Positions 12,997-25,176 of a DNA stretch of 64,000 nt are shown here, in pieces (positions within the stretch are counted from its first letter, which is position 1; every line of letters starts with the position of its first letter). A program made the position numbers and the translations under genes. The DNA lies in NCBI RefSeq assembly GCF_038025025.1, contig NW_027117347.1:558001-622000 (forward strand), given 5' to 3'. Source of the DNA: Phyllosticta citribraziliensis. Its lineage: Eukaryota. The notes beneath the pieces are model-generated. The model ran no database searches and was not told the DNA's origin. It saw nothing but the letters and a program-made list of their open reading frames with translations.

Positions 12997-13340
12997 GAGC
13001 CCCTTGTCGAGGAGGTACTTGCGACGAAGGCCCCAAGTTGTAGAAACCGAGCTCCAAGCTTCCAAGACGTGCTAAAGGGTTAAATCAAAAGTGATTTGCA
13101 AAGATGATTGTGCATTTAGTGGTGGAACAAGAGACAAAGTCCAAGTCAGGTCCCGGAGTGGTAGTCAGTCTGGCTCGCTTATCGAACCTATCGCGCCGAT
13201 ACACTCCCGAAGCCAACCCGCAAAAATCGTCGAAATCCGCCCACACCAGCGCCCGCAGCCGACGACCAACGCCCGACCCCGACCCAAAACGAACCCTTCG
13301 ACGTCTCCCTCCCAGCTCATTCAAGAAGCGCATATCAAAA

Positions 13341-13854
13341 ATGGACTCCGCCAAGGTTCCCGTCAAGCTTGTCAAGGTTACCCGCGTGCTGGGCCGCACT
13401 GGTAAGAAGAAGCGCCCACTCGGACAGGACGCGGCGCACAATGAGGCGCCGCGGCTGGTGTCTCGAGTCGATAGACGGACGGACGGCTGATGCTGCGATT
13501 TTTCAGGCTCCCGCGGTGGTGTCACCCAGGTCCGCGTCGAGTTCATGGACGACACTGTGAGTAGCGACCCTCCCTCTGAGAGGGAGACACCTACGCAAGC
13601 CGCAAAACTGACAGAGCCACTCCTCCAGACCCGTAGCATCATCCGCAACGTCAAGGGCCCTGGTGAGCAACAACCCTTCCCCCGCCGCAACGCACGATGA
13701 GGAAGAGAAGACCCAAAGAAGAAAAAAAAGCCAAATCGAAACCACGATACATACCGAACAAGAAGACTAACGCAGACGCCGTTCGAAAACAGTCCGCGAG
13801 AACGACATCCTCTGCCTTCTGGAGTCCGAGCGCGAGGCCAGGAGGCTGCGCTAA
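13341..13854 (+). CDS. RPS28: 40S ribosomal protein S28 (eS28), 4 exons
   Basis: MDSAKVPVKLVKVTRVLGRTG|SRGGVTQVRVEFMDDT|TRSIIRNVKGP|VRENDILCLLESEREARRLR*. Introns ~13402-13506, 13557-13628 and 13663-13792. Confidence 0.97.
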
Positions 13855-14902
13855 GCAGCAGCAGCAGCAGCTGTTGGAGGGCTTGTTTTCCTGTCGTGTT
13901 TCTCGGAGAAGGGGGGCAGCCATGGGGGCAATCATCGGTTCTTAAACAAAAAAAAGGCTCGGGAACTGTGTCACGCGCGCAAATGGAGACAACAGCCGCC
14001 GCAGCGGAAAGAGAGAAACGCAGACGACTTTCCAAACGAACGTGTGTTGGGCTCTTTTCTGGATTCGCTACCTACATACGCTACTACTACTACGAGGCTG
14101 CACCGCTCGGCATCAACAACAATCGTGACCCACGAGAGGTCGGTGCATGCGTGCGTACGTGCGGAACGCGTGAGCTGAGCGATGCGGTAGTGGTGGTGGG
14201 CTGCTGGTGGATATACTAGGAGGGTTGCAATGGAACAAAAAAGACAAACAAAACGAAAGCCTTCCGTGTCTCCTCTTCCCGGATTATTCGCTCTGCGCAA
14301 CAACGGTGAATCGCGGCAGAGAATCGCGATGTCAAGAAAAGCGAATTGAACACCCACCGCTCTGCATCCACTCCAACTGTTACGCCCGCCCCTAGGCCAG
14401 CCCGGACTCGACTTGCGCCTCCCTTCATTCTTGCGACTAGTTGACAACTGCCGAGCAGACGCTTTTCCCGCTTCACGGCATGACCGACTCCTGTGCTACT
14501 GAACAGCCCGGACGCGAGCAACCAATGCCCCCCCTTCCCAATACGTGTCACTCGTCAAAGCCCAACCTCATTGAATGTGTTCTTGATTTATTCACTCTAT
14601 ACAGGCTCACTAAACAGGCAAGCGAGAAACACCCTCCAGCCTTCCCGTCGTCGCCAACATAAAGGGGGGAGTACCGGAACATCTCGCCCAAAAGCCAAGC
14701 AATCTAGTGCCAAATCATAAACAGGCCAAACTCGTAACAATCTTCGCGAAAACTCTCAGCTCTTGTCTCGTCATAACGCCGTCGCCCTGAAAAAACAGAG
14801 AAAGAAATAAAAAAAGACGTTGCTCAAACAGCCGCTGGTGCGCAACAGGAAAGAAGAAGTCATCAACACATCTGTCTCTCTACCGTACTCCAAGCTGACT
14901 GA

Positions 14903-16533
14903 CTACGCCTCCAGCCTCGGCCTGCGCGGCTCCAACAGCACCCTCCCCGACGGGCCCGACTTCTCCAAGAAGCCGTCGGTCCGCGAGTGGATGCGGCGGC
15001 CACGCAGCCACGTGTCGGTGACGACGCCGCGCAGCGTCTTGTTCTCGTAGGGGCTGCACTTGTTGCGGAACAGCATGGTGCGCGGCTCGACGACGAAGGT
15101 GGCGGCGTCGTCGAAGACGGCAATGTCGCCGTCGAAGCCCACGGCCAGGTCGCCCTTGACGTGCTCCAGCCCGACCTGCCGCGCCGTGTTGCGGCAGCAC
15201 CACCGCACCACGTCTTCGATGGACATGGCGCCGCCGCCGCCGCCGCCGCCGCCGCGGCGCTGCGACCCCTCCGTCCACAGGATGCTGAGCCCCAGCCCGA
15301 CGCTGCTGACGCCGCCCCAGGCCGCGAAGAAGTCGCCGGCGCCGCCGTCGTTGCTGTGCGGCGCGGCGATGCCGCCGTCTGACAGCGTGGCCGGCAGCAG
15401 CTTCAGGTTGGGCGTGCACGGCGAGTGGTCGCTGACAATCGTCTTGATGACGCTGTCGTCGGGGCGCAACAGCTCCTCCCACAGGCCGTCCTGGTTGCAC
15501 TGCTCGCGGATGGGCGGGCAGCACTTGTGGCGCGTGTCGCCCTCCTTGACGGCCTCGGCCGCCAACGACAGGTAGTGGAAGCACGTCTCAGCCGTGACGT
15601 TGACGCCGCGGGCGCGCGCCTCGCGCAGCAGCGGAATCGCCTGCACGGCCGACAGGTGCACAATGTGCAGGTCCAGCTGCGGCGCCAGCGGCGCCAGGCT
15701 CAGGATCTCGGCGATGGCGTACGTCTCGAACGACGGCGGCCGCGAGTCGAGGAACGTCTGGTACGTGGTGAGCGGGCCCGACGGCTTGAGCGGCGGCGCC
15801 GCGAACGACACGTCGTCGCCCACCGACGCCGTGATGGGCGGGATCATCTCGGCGTGGAACATGACCGTCGTCGGCTCGTCGGCCAGCTCGGCCAGCACCT
15901 TTTTGATGTCGTCGGACGAGACGGCCGGGAATTCTTCGACCTGCTTGGTGTCAGTACGACAAAGACAGCGCCGGCTATGACGGGGGGTCTACGTACGCCG
16001 CTTTCGATCATGAACCCCTTGAACCCCCTGACGCCGGCCTTGACCAGCGCCTTCAGCTCCTTGTCGTTGCCAGGAATGATGCCGCCGTAGAAGCCGACGT
16101 CGACCCAACACTTGCCCTGGGCGGCCTCGACCTTGATGTCCAGATTCTCCACGGTAGTCGTGGGCGGAATGGCATTGAGCGGCATATCAATGACAGTGGT
16201 GACGCCGCCAAAGGCCGCCGCCTGGGTGCCCGTCCAAAAGCCCTCCCATTCCGTGCGGCCGGGCTCGTTGAGATGGACGTGGGCGTCGACGAGGCCGGGC
16301 AGCAGGATCTTGGGCGAGTAGTCGACGTACGGCGTGCCGGCCGGAAAGTCGGAGCGCGGCAGCACCGAGTGGAAGATGGACGTGACCTTGCCCGTGATGG
16401 TCGAGATGACTATCGTGGCTTCGGTAAGGCGGCCGGAGACGACGGCGCGCGAGGACGCAACCACGGTGATGGGAGGCACCGCTGTTGTCTGGGCCGGAGA
16501 GGTAGCGGCATCTTCTGTTGCGTGCGGCGCCAT
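14903..16533 (-). CDS. DAL1: Allantoinase (amidohydrolase superfamily), 2 exons
   Basis: [88 protein letters not shown]. Intron 15941-15996. Confidence 0.95.
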
Positions 16534-16718
16534 TGGGGGGGTTGGGTGCCGTGTGTCGAAGACGAGGCGCGCTGAAGGTGTTGCTTGTGGGTTGTGGAGG
16601 CCAGAAACAGCACAGCAAGTCAGAGCACGCGGCTGAAAAGGGAAAAATCAAGGGTAATTCTGGACTATGATCTACAAGCCAGCACTGGGGGAAACTTGGA
16701 GGTCCCCCGCACGGAAGA

Positions 16719-17166
16719 GATAAGGAGGAGGGATTAGGAGGATTGAAGACAAGAGATAAGGACCGGGGGGAAAGTGATAAAAGGACAGAGAGCGAGAGTA
16801 GCACAGCAGCGCCGGCAGAGAAAGCCAAAAGGAAATCAGACGAGAAATAAGCAGTGTCCGGGGTACGGGTAGTCTGTGGGTTCTTATCAGAGCAGGCAGG
16901 GCCAATTTTGGAACTGGGCAAAAGGGCTAGCCAGCGCGCGCATGTCCACAAGTTGGGACGGGACCGACCGGCGCCCGAGGAACGTGGACGAGTCGACGGC
17001 TGCGCGGCACAAAGACCGCGTGCGGCCAGGCCTTGACAACGAGACGGACGGTTGGAAGCATTGTTGCCGTCGCATCCTGCTGGGTCGTCAATGGGCGAGA
17101 AGGAGAAAAAAGTAGTCGGCAAGGCGGCCGGATTACTCGAGAGAAATGTATGGGCGGCGCCTTATC
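16719..17166. promoter_or_regulatory. Cluster of GATA (AreA/Nit2-type) sites upstream of allantoinase
   Basis: GATAAG 16719, GATAAG 16755, GATAAA 16776, CTTATC 16883 and CTTATC 17161, all within ~630 nt of the allantoinase ATG. Purine catabolism is classically under nitrogen metabolite repression. Confidence 0.55.
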
Positions 17167-17550
17167 GACGACCCTTGTTTGACCGATGAAGGTTGCCGAC
17201 CACACGCCGACCCGGCCACGTTGAAATCCGATTTGCGCCCTGACATTCCCTGCGATCTTCTCCCGCCACATGCTCGGCCGCTCCATCAAGGTTCATCTTG
17301 TCCCGTTCGAGCTACTGCACCTGTCTCAACCATCTCCGCGCTGCCTGCTCGTCCTCTCGTCATGTTTTGATCGAGTAACCAAAACCACCACCCCTAGTCG
17401 TCTGTGGTTGTGGTTGCCCGATATTGCCTCGTCTCGAGCTCCGTCTGGACCAGCCTGGCCGCAACCACCACCCTCAGTTGTTTTCGCGAGCTCTTCCAGA
17501 ACCGAACCGAGTGTGAGGCGCCGCCTTGAGGTCGACCTTGATGCACTGCA

Positions 17551-18404
17551 TCAAAGATATGTCTTTTCAATCCTCGCCGACGCCGTCTCCTTGACCTCGG
17601 TCCCGCCCGTCAACCACCCCTCCCGCCACAAGCGCTCTTCAGCCCACGTCACAGGCGTCAACACGAGCGCGGCGACATTGCAAAAGACGGTCGCAAAAAG
17701 CTGCCAGAACCAGACGATGAGGAAAGCCGGCGGGAAGACGAACCGCGGAAACTCGGTCGTCTGGTAGAGGTCGTTTTGGCTGGCGATGTAGTACTTGCCG
17801 TCGCCGGCGGCGGAGCTCCCTTGACGGCTGCCGCCATTGGTGCTGCTGGTGCTCCGCGTGCTGCTCGCATCCCCCGCTGCCCCTTCGTGCGGCGAACGGC
17901 GCTCGAGTTGCAGCACTGTGACGAGCGACACGGGTGCATAGTGGAACGGAATGACCCAGATGCGGAAGATTTGCGAGAGGTGCACGTAGAGGATGAGGTT
18001 CTGCTTGTCGAATGCTGCACCAGAAAGTGAGCTTCCAACTGCGGAATGGTCGGTCCGACAGGTAGGCAGGCAGGTACAAGGAAGGAAGTCACACGGGATG
18101 GCAGCATAGCACTCACCGACGGAATTGATGGATATGTCGACGCGCGGGCTCATGATTTTGTACCAGCGGTAGATTCCATGGATCAGCAGGCGGCTGTTCT
18201 TGAACCTGCCAGTCCGACAAAATGGATGCGTAAATGTGGCATTGGGCGTGAAATACTTGTCAATCGTCTCGCCTTGTACCGACGGCGGCGACTGGGTCAG
18301 CAGATGAATGACCTGCGATATCTCTTGTTCTGGCGGCGGACGTCAGCGGATGCGGTCGACCATGATCGAGCCAGCCAGATGGCTGCCGTACCTGGGTTAT
18401 CCAT
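17551..18404 (-). CDS. Conserved fungal protein, probable NTF2-like (SigF-like) domain with C-terminal hydrophobic segment, 3 exons
   Basis: MDNP|EQEISQVIHLLTQSPPSVQGETIDKYFTPNATFTHPFCRTG...IYRWYKIMSPRVDISINSV|AFDKQNLILYVHLSQIF...YYIASQNDLYQ. Introns 18330-18391 and 18015-18116. Confidence 0.75.
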
Positions 18405-18710
18405 CTTGGACGGCGACGAGGTGAAGTCAAAGTAAAGATGGTTGCGTGCTTTGAAGTTGCAGCTGACGCGCTGCGGCTCCCGGGTTCACTTCACCTTGCG
18501 ACGGGGAAGACGTGAGCTCCCAGGGCAGCCAGGATCGTTGGTGCCTGACGTCATCCCCACATGCCACCGCACACTCCTCAGGCACTGTGCATAGGTCTGA
18601 TCTGATCCCTGCGTCCAGAACAACGGCCGCATCACCAGCGTTTGGTCGTCTTTCGACTGCTGCATGCTATCAATTTCTACCCTTCTCCTATGTACAATCA
18701 CCGCACCTCC

Positions 18711-20707
18711 TCAGTCAACCTTGATCGACCCGTAAATCTTCAGTACAAACAACCATGATGCGAAGAAACCAATGGCACCTGTCGAAACGCGTTAGTCGAG
18801 CAACTCGGCATTCCTCTGTCGGGACAAGACTTACCTGTGAGCACAAAGAAGAGAATGCTGATCAGAGCGCTGTATCCCAGGTACAGCACCCCGCTCGTCC
18901 AGCTCCCAAAGCTGAGCGCCTTGACCCAGTACAAAAGTGCATACGCAAACACGTACGCCGCGCTTGCGCCAGCCGTGCAAAAGGCCCTCCATTGCCAGTG
19001 GTAGTTTTCGGCACACAAAAGGAAATATATCATCAATACCGTGACGGCCGCGCAGGTGATGATCATTAGCCCGTAGCAGACAAAAAGAAACCCGAACATG
19101 TAGTACACCTTGCTGAACCAGATGCTGTTCATGATGAAGTAGAGCTCGACGAAGATGGCTCCAAAGGGAAGTACGCCCACCAGCAACATGCTAGGAAGCG
19201 GTCGCAGGTACCCAGAAGTAGGGGGAATCTGTCGCGGAATCTGGTTGGTGCGCACTGGCGTGTCCAACGTCTGGTGCTTGAATCCGACCCAAGACCCCAC
19301 GAGCGAGAGCGGTACGCTGATGAGGAACCAAATGCACACGAGGGCAATCATGGTGCCAAATGGCACAGCACCGCTGGCCTGTCGCGCCCAAACAAACAGG
19401 TTGAGCATGAAGAAAGTGCCAAAGACCACAGCCGGGAGAGCCACTGGAGTGTATACGAAACACTGCTTCCATTTTTCGCCGTGGAAGAACTTGTATACTC
19501 GCGACGACGCATATCCGCCGACGAACCCGAACAGAGTATAGAGCAGCAGCATGACCGTTCCCAGGGCTCCACGGTTGGACGGCGAAAGAAAGCCAAGCAT
19601 GGCAAAGGCAATGGTGAAGCCCGCCATCATGAACAATTGGGCGCCGTTGCCAATGAGCACTGCGAGAGCCAGCGGGTTCTTTGGAGGCCTAAAGACATCT
19701 CCATGTACCAGCTTCCAGCCCGAGTCTTCTTGAACACCCTCGTCTGCCAAGCTGGTCCCTGAAAGGTCCTCCAAAGCAAACTGCTCTAGGCGGTTGTACC
19801 TCGCAATGTCTTTCCTCAGCGTGCGAATCAGGATTGTCGTGACCATGGTGACCAAGAATACCACGATTACGGCCGAGTTGACGAGGGAGAACCAGTGGAT
19901 CTTTGGGTCGTAAACGTGAAGATATTTGTCCCAACGCGTTGCGAATGGCGTAGCGGAGGGCCTCCAATAGACACTGTACGTGAACAGCACATTGGTATCG
20001 CCAGTCTCGGACAGTACAATGGGTGCCGAATCATCTCCGCACTCTGCCTCCTCCTCATTAATGTATTTTGAGCCCGAAAGAGAGCGCGGCTCAACCAGGA
20101 TGCCAACTACGCGGTATTGGTTCGGCCCAGCTTGGTGGTAGTCGATGAGAATGTCGTAGTGGTTGTTCAAGACTGGCTTGTCATCCCTGACTGCTCCCAG
20201 TGCGAAGCCTGGACTGTAGAAATTGGTGCCATCGTTGGGGTCGTGTTTTAGCTGGCCAGCAGGAAGCCCGTCTATCAACCAATTCAGGTTGTAATTCTGC
20301 TCTATCCTCTGGTTGACAAACTTGGCGTCTCGAGGCTCATATGTCTGTTCGCGGCATACTGCTTTGCATGTCTCATTCTTCCTCATATGCAGCTCATACG
20401 GAGACGTTTGTATCCTGTCGCCAAACAGGATGCTCCCAAGCGATTCGGAGAGTTGCTTGGCACCGCCGCTTGGTTGGCAGAAGTGGAAGGCTTGGTGGTA
20501 GTAGTCGAACGAGAAGACGGACCGTACTTGAGGGTCACTTGGCGAGTTGGCCGGAGTGAGGTGGTTGACGTGGAGCGGGACCTTGTCTCCCTCTTTGTAC
20601 GAGGTTGGGAGGACTCCAGGCAGATAGTATGAATTAGCCGGGGAGGGTCCAAAGGCGACAATGAGGGACAAGAGTGCTCCGTACGAGCAACGGTCGCTGA
20701 GGCGCAT
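18711..20707 (-). CDS. EMP70: Transmembrane 9 superfamily (nonaspanin/EMP70) protein, 2 exons
   Basis: Signal peptide then YYLPGVLPTSY, SESLGSILFGDRI, IHWFSLVNS, EDSGWKLVHGDVFR, PVRTNQIPRQIP, ENYHWQWRAF. Intron 18779-18834. Ends KIYGSIKVD* (KxD Golgi-retention type tail). Confidence 0.96.
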
Positions 20708-21288
20708 GGCCGACGGTTTGCGGGCAACGGGTCGGGGTGAATGTCGCTGCGCAGCAGCTGGCGGCGAATGGTCGGAGTCGCCGCGCGCTCGGCTTCGAGT
20801 TGAGTCCGCGGGCGACTCTGAGGACGGAGGAGGGTCGAGCGTCCGAGGAAGGGGAATGAGTTGTGCAGCGGTCCGAAGCAGGTAATCAGGGCGACGGCGA
20901 GAGTGCAGGTGTTGTTGTTGTGAGTCGAGAGGTTGCAGGTGCAGCGCGAGGAAAGGTGATGGAGAAGAAAGCTGTCCCAAGTCGGATCATTGCCGGGATG
21001 GGGCTCGCTGTTCCCTGCCGCGTCGTCATCATGGCGAGGCCCCGTCAATCCCCAAACCACAACACAGCCATTCCATTGCAGTCACAGTATGCATCTTCAA
21101 CAATTGAGCTTGTGTATTCACTGCGCCATGTATTCGTGTCGTATGCTCAGCAGGTCTTCTTCGGACCTCTGTCATCCAACCCTCTTTCGCAACCAAGACT
21201 ACATACCTCCCCGGTGGATGCTTAGGGAAAACCGTGCATGATATCATGAAGACTGAAAGAAAAACTTCAGAAGCCGCCGCTCGCGCGC

Positions 21289-22476
21289 CTACACCAGCCC
21301 GTCGTAAAGCGATAGCGCCGAAACAATTGTCTCGTCCCTCTTGGATCCTTCCTTGAACTCGGCCATGTCCAGGCTGCCGTTTTCGTCCTTGTCCATCATT
21401 CGGAATATCTTGCGCACTCGCTTCTCGGGAGTATCCTCGTCTTCGGGAAGCTTGACCATGGAGCCGACCTACAGACCCAGTGAGCAGTGCGCCGTGACGG
21501 CAGTCTTTGGACCAACTAACCATTTTATATATCGCCTCGACGATTGCGAGCATCTCGTCGTAGCTGATCTTGCCGTCGCCGTCGATGTCGTACAGCTGGA
21601 AGGCCCAATCTAACTTGTCTTCCATCTTCCCTCTGCTCGTGACGCTCAGGGCGCAAATGAATTCCTTGAAGTCGATGGAGCCTGACTTGTCGGCATCGAA
21701 GACGTTGAAGACATAATCTGCAAAGGACGACGGATCACCAAAGGGGAAGAATTGCCGGTAGATTTTTTGGAACTCCTCCTTGGTCAGCATGCCCGACGGG
21801 CAGTCCTTGAGGAAACCTGCGAGCGCCTGTCAGCGGCCGTCACCAGAGGGAATCTTGGGGCCATACCCTTGTACCACTGCTGTAGCTCCTTCTTGTCGAA
21901 GTGGGTTGCCTTTTGCAGGTCGCTAAGCTCCTGCTGGGTGAGCTTGCTCTGGCTGCGAGATTCAACAGTTAGCCCGTGCCCTTGAATCGTCAAGTCTTGA
22001 ACCGAGGTTCTGGAGAACAATTCGCGCCGCCTCTCGTTTGCAGCGGTTTCCAGGGCGAGTTTGCGCCGCGAGGCATACGAGTCGTAGCCGTCGGAGCCCG
22101 GCTTAGGCACCTCCTCGCCGCGCGTTCTTCCGACGTTGATATGGGTGTTTGCAAGCTGTAGCAGCGGAACAGTGGCACCGTCGACATTGTGGAGCGAGAG
22201 GCTGTGGCGACGCCGGGAGCGATCAGAGTTGCTGGGATCGACCATGGTTTGTGACGAGGCGGCCAGGGCTGCTGTCGCTTTTGGCGTGGGGCGTTTGGCT
22301 CGTCGAGAGAGCACAGCGGCTTCCCCGCCAGGACCGCGGGCAGTGACTGCAGATTCGGCGCAAGCAACATTGTCGCGTAATCAGGGGCGCCTGCCAGGCG
22401 GTTCGGGAGGGCGCGCGAATGTTCCAAGAGGGTAGTTTGGGGGAAAGAAAGGAGGGGCAACTTACGATTTACCCAT
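21289..22476 (-). CDS. FRQ1: Frequenin / neuronal calcium sensor-1 (myristoylated EF-hand protein), 4 exons
   Basis: 11-nt first coding exon ATGGGTAAATC, then 513-nt intron 21953-22465, giving [41 protein letters not shown]...[13 protein letters not shown]...[13 protein letters not shown]...|[18 protein letters not shown]...ALSLYDGLV*. Confidence 0.96.
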
Positions 22477-23012
22477 GATGACCGAGTCGGTGGAGTGGTG
22501 GAGCGGTGGAAGCTGTCGCAAAGACGGCGTGGAGGGAGAGAGAAGTGGGGAGACGGGGGAGGAACAATGCGGACGAGGGTGCGAGTATGGCGGTGGACGT
22601 GTCGTGCGTGTTGTAGCGTGGCGTGTCGTGTGTTGGTCAAGGGCGGGCGGCTGAGAGGTGAGGTGGGTAGGTAAGGTAGGGTGGTAGGTGAGAGGATGGA
22701 TGGTGCAAGAGCCGGGGAAAGTCAGCGTGCCGGAGCGGTGCGGTGCGGTGGTGGACTTGGTTGAGAGCGAGCGCGCGAGGCGGAGGCGGAGGCGCAGCAG
22801 TTGCTTGGCTACGTCAAGGTACCACCGCACCTCTCACTGTGCTGTCCTCGATTCTTTTTTCTACAAGCGACTATTCGCTCGCTCCATGGGTCTCGGAGTT
22901 GCCGGGCACAAGTCACGGCGCTCAGGTCCTTCGTCAGGACGCGTAAGGTACAGCATGGCCCTAGGGCGTAGGTGCACATTTGGGCTGATTTATGCTCCTT
23001 AACCTTTCTACG

Positions 23013-23050
23013 GCCAGGTCCAGGTCCAGGTCCAGGTCCAGGTCCAGGTC
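23013..23050 (+). repeat. (CCAGGT)n hexanucleotide tandem repeat in the FRQ1-MED4 divergent promoter
   Basis: About 6 perfect CCAGGT units seen directly. Confidence 0.9.
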
Positions 23051-23229
23051 TAGCCAAGTCCACGCCCACGTCGAGCGGAGCTCCGGCTCCGCCCGCCCAG
23101 GCCATCACGTGCCAACACGCGTTCAGGTCCTTCCTTGGCCACGGGCACCTCAGTCCCTTCCGGCCGATGGAGGCGCCTCAATTCCTTGTCCCGGTAAACG
23201 TCCAAACAACAACCCCCCGTACGCCTACG

Positions 23230-24132
23230 ATGGATGCCCTGCTCGACGCTCGCTTCCAGCGCGTCGAGTCCGCCCTCAACACCCTCATCGACTCCATCGC
23301 CTCCTACAACCCCTCGCAGTCCGCCGTCCTTGATCTGGTCGCTGCCGACGAGGACCTCAGTCGTGGTCTGGAGCAACGTGCGTCTGCCCGCCTGTCTCGT
23401 ATCCTGCCTGTTTTTCGCTCACCCCTCCAAATAGTCGCCATCCACCAGGCCAACTATCGCCGCATGTTGTCCTTGCGCCACGCTGCAGACACCCTCGACG
23501 CGCAAATCAAATCCACCCTAGGCACCCTTGCCGAAACCCGCAAAGAGCTCGTCGCCCTGCCCATCACCACTGCCAGCCCCTCCGCCCGCCATGTCAGCAC
23601 CGATGAGCTGCTTTCCTACGCAAAGCACATTGGGAAATTCACTGCCCCGCCGGGCATCAAGCCTCCGCCCTCGCTGGACCAAATCCCGCGTCCTGAAGAA
23701 AAGCCCGATACTGATGTCAACATGACCAACGGTGGTGGCAACGACCCTCAGCCCCAGCCACAAAGTGGCGCAGCCGACGCAGAATCCAAGACCATGGCCG
23801 CCCTCAGCCAGGAACAAAAGGCCTGGCTGGCAGGTCTGAGCAACCTCCAGTTTGTGCCATGGCCCACTGACGACAAGATCAAGCTTGGCGCGTTGGGTCA
23901 GATACAAACCATGGTGGAGCAAGGCAAGGATCCGACCGCTGTTCTCTCGGTCGAAGAGCAGGAGGAGCGGGCGAAAAAGGCCGCCGAGGAAGAAGAGGAG
24001 CGTCGCAACGAAGAGGAAAAGCGAAAGGCCGAGGCTGAACAGCGCAGGAGAGAATCTCAGCCTTCTGCACCCAACAGAGGGGAGGCTCAAGGAGAGCAGC
24101 CTGCGGTTTTTGGAGGATTGGACCTCTACTGA
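23230..24132 (+). CDS. MED4: Mediator of RNA polymerase II transcription subunit 4, 2 exons
   Basis: MDALLDARFQRVESALNTLIDSIASYNPS, LAIHQANYRR, ELLSYAKHIGKFT, FVPWPTDDKIKLGAL, FGGLDLY. In-frame intron 23378-23434. An upstream in-frame ATG also exists at 23168. Confidence 0.88.
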   Translation: MDALLDARFQRVESALNTLIDSIASYNPSQSAVLDLVAADEDLSRGLEQRASARLSRILPVFRSPLQIVAIHQANYRRMLSLRHAADTLDAQIKSTLGTLAETRKELVALPITTASPSARHVSTDELLSYAKHIGKFTAPPGIKPPPSLDQIPRPEEKPDTDVNMTNGGGNDPQPQPQSGAADAESKTMAALSQEQKAWLAGLSNLQFVPWPTDDKIKLGALGQIQTMVEQGKDPTAVLSVEEQEERAKKAAEEEEERRNEEEKRKAEAEQRRRESQPSAPNRGEAQGEQPAVFGGLDLY

Positions 24133-24738
24133 TTTCACCGCGAGCGGCGCCGTGCTTCACGCATGTGCGGCTTCGGCTTAAACCAGCTCCACCAATCCAG
24201 CGCGTGACCCGCCTGAAAGCGGCCCAACGCTGCCCTGCCCTTCGAAATCTGAAAAGTCGAGATTTTATAGCCTCGCCATAGCCTGGTGATTGTCAAGGCA
24301 GCAGACCGGGCCTTTCGACCTCAACCGAGCACCGTCCGCATCCCGTCACAGGCCAGAGCGGAGATTGCGCATGGCGGACGAGTCGGCATGAACATTCGGC
24401 CAGCCCGACATGGATTGCCCGGGAAAGGAGTCCAACAAGGCTGCACCGCACGTGTGGCCTATGGAACTCTGTTGGCTGTGGTCGTGGAACAGAAGCCACA
24501 TGGTTGGTCCGCGGCCCCGGCTTCTGAAGAAACAGCGTCACGAGGAGCTGTCGGAACGGATGGCGAGGAACTCGAATACGGCGTTCCAGATATGGGTACC
24601 AAGCGGCGGAGGCGCCAGCGAGAGCCTCACTGGTAGATGCGGCGCTAAGGGTTTAGTAGTTTCGCGCAATAAGGTATAATATGCGGCTAAAGAAACGGCC
24701 ACGTCGGGCCAGGGGCGCTTTAAGCTTGAGCAGACAGC

Positions 24739-24766
24739 GGTCAGGTCAGGTCAGGTCAGGTCAGGT
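24739..24766 (+). repeat. (GGTCA)n pentanucleotide repeat
   Basis: ggtcaggtcaggtcaggtcaggtcaggtc upstream of the MBOAT gene. Confidence 0.85.
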
Positions 24767-25176
24767 CGAAAGCATCCACCATCACGGACGAATTTTGTTG
24801 TCACAAGGGACCTTGAACGAGTCATGTCCTGGCCTGGCCGTCAGCCTCGGGGAGCGCGCAGCCGAGTAAACAAAAGCAAAACACCATGCCGAAAAGTGTT
24901 TCCGGGGCTGGCTGGAGCCGACCTGAGTAGCGTCGGCGAGCAGCAGCATCGTCCAAGGCGGTCGTCTCAACGGAATGGAGTGCTCCCATCCATTTTCACA
25001 CCATTGAGTAGCAGCCTACTGTACAGCCGCCGGGCCCTAACCGTCTTACGTCATTCCCGTACCGGCCTCCCGCCGCTTCCTTGGTTGCCAGAGGTCCGCC
25101 AGCCTCCGAGACTCGAAAAATGATAACTACAGCCTCCCATCGTCCAGTCGCCTGGCTGTTGTGAGCGCAACACAGC

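Noticed and set aside
20708..20980. 91-codon in-frame extension upstream of TM9SF/EMP70
   Set aside because: It begins at TTG and is low-complexity and GC-rich. It would bury the signal peptide that follows ATG 20707, so it is most likely 5' UTR.
22972..23229. PGPGPG-containing N-terminal extension of MED4
   Set aside because: Translation of the (CCAGGT)n promoter microsatellite from a GTG start. The Med4-like sequence begins at MDALL.
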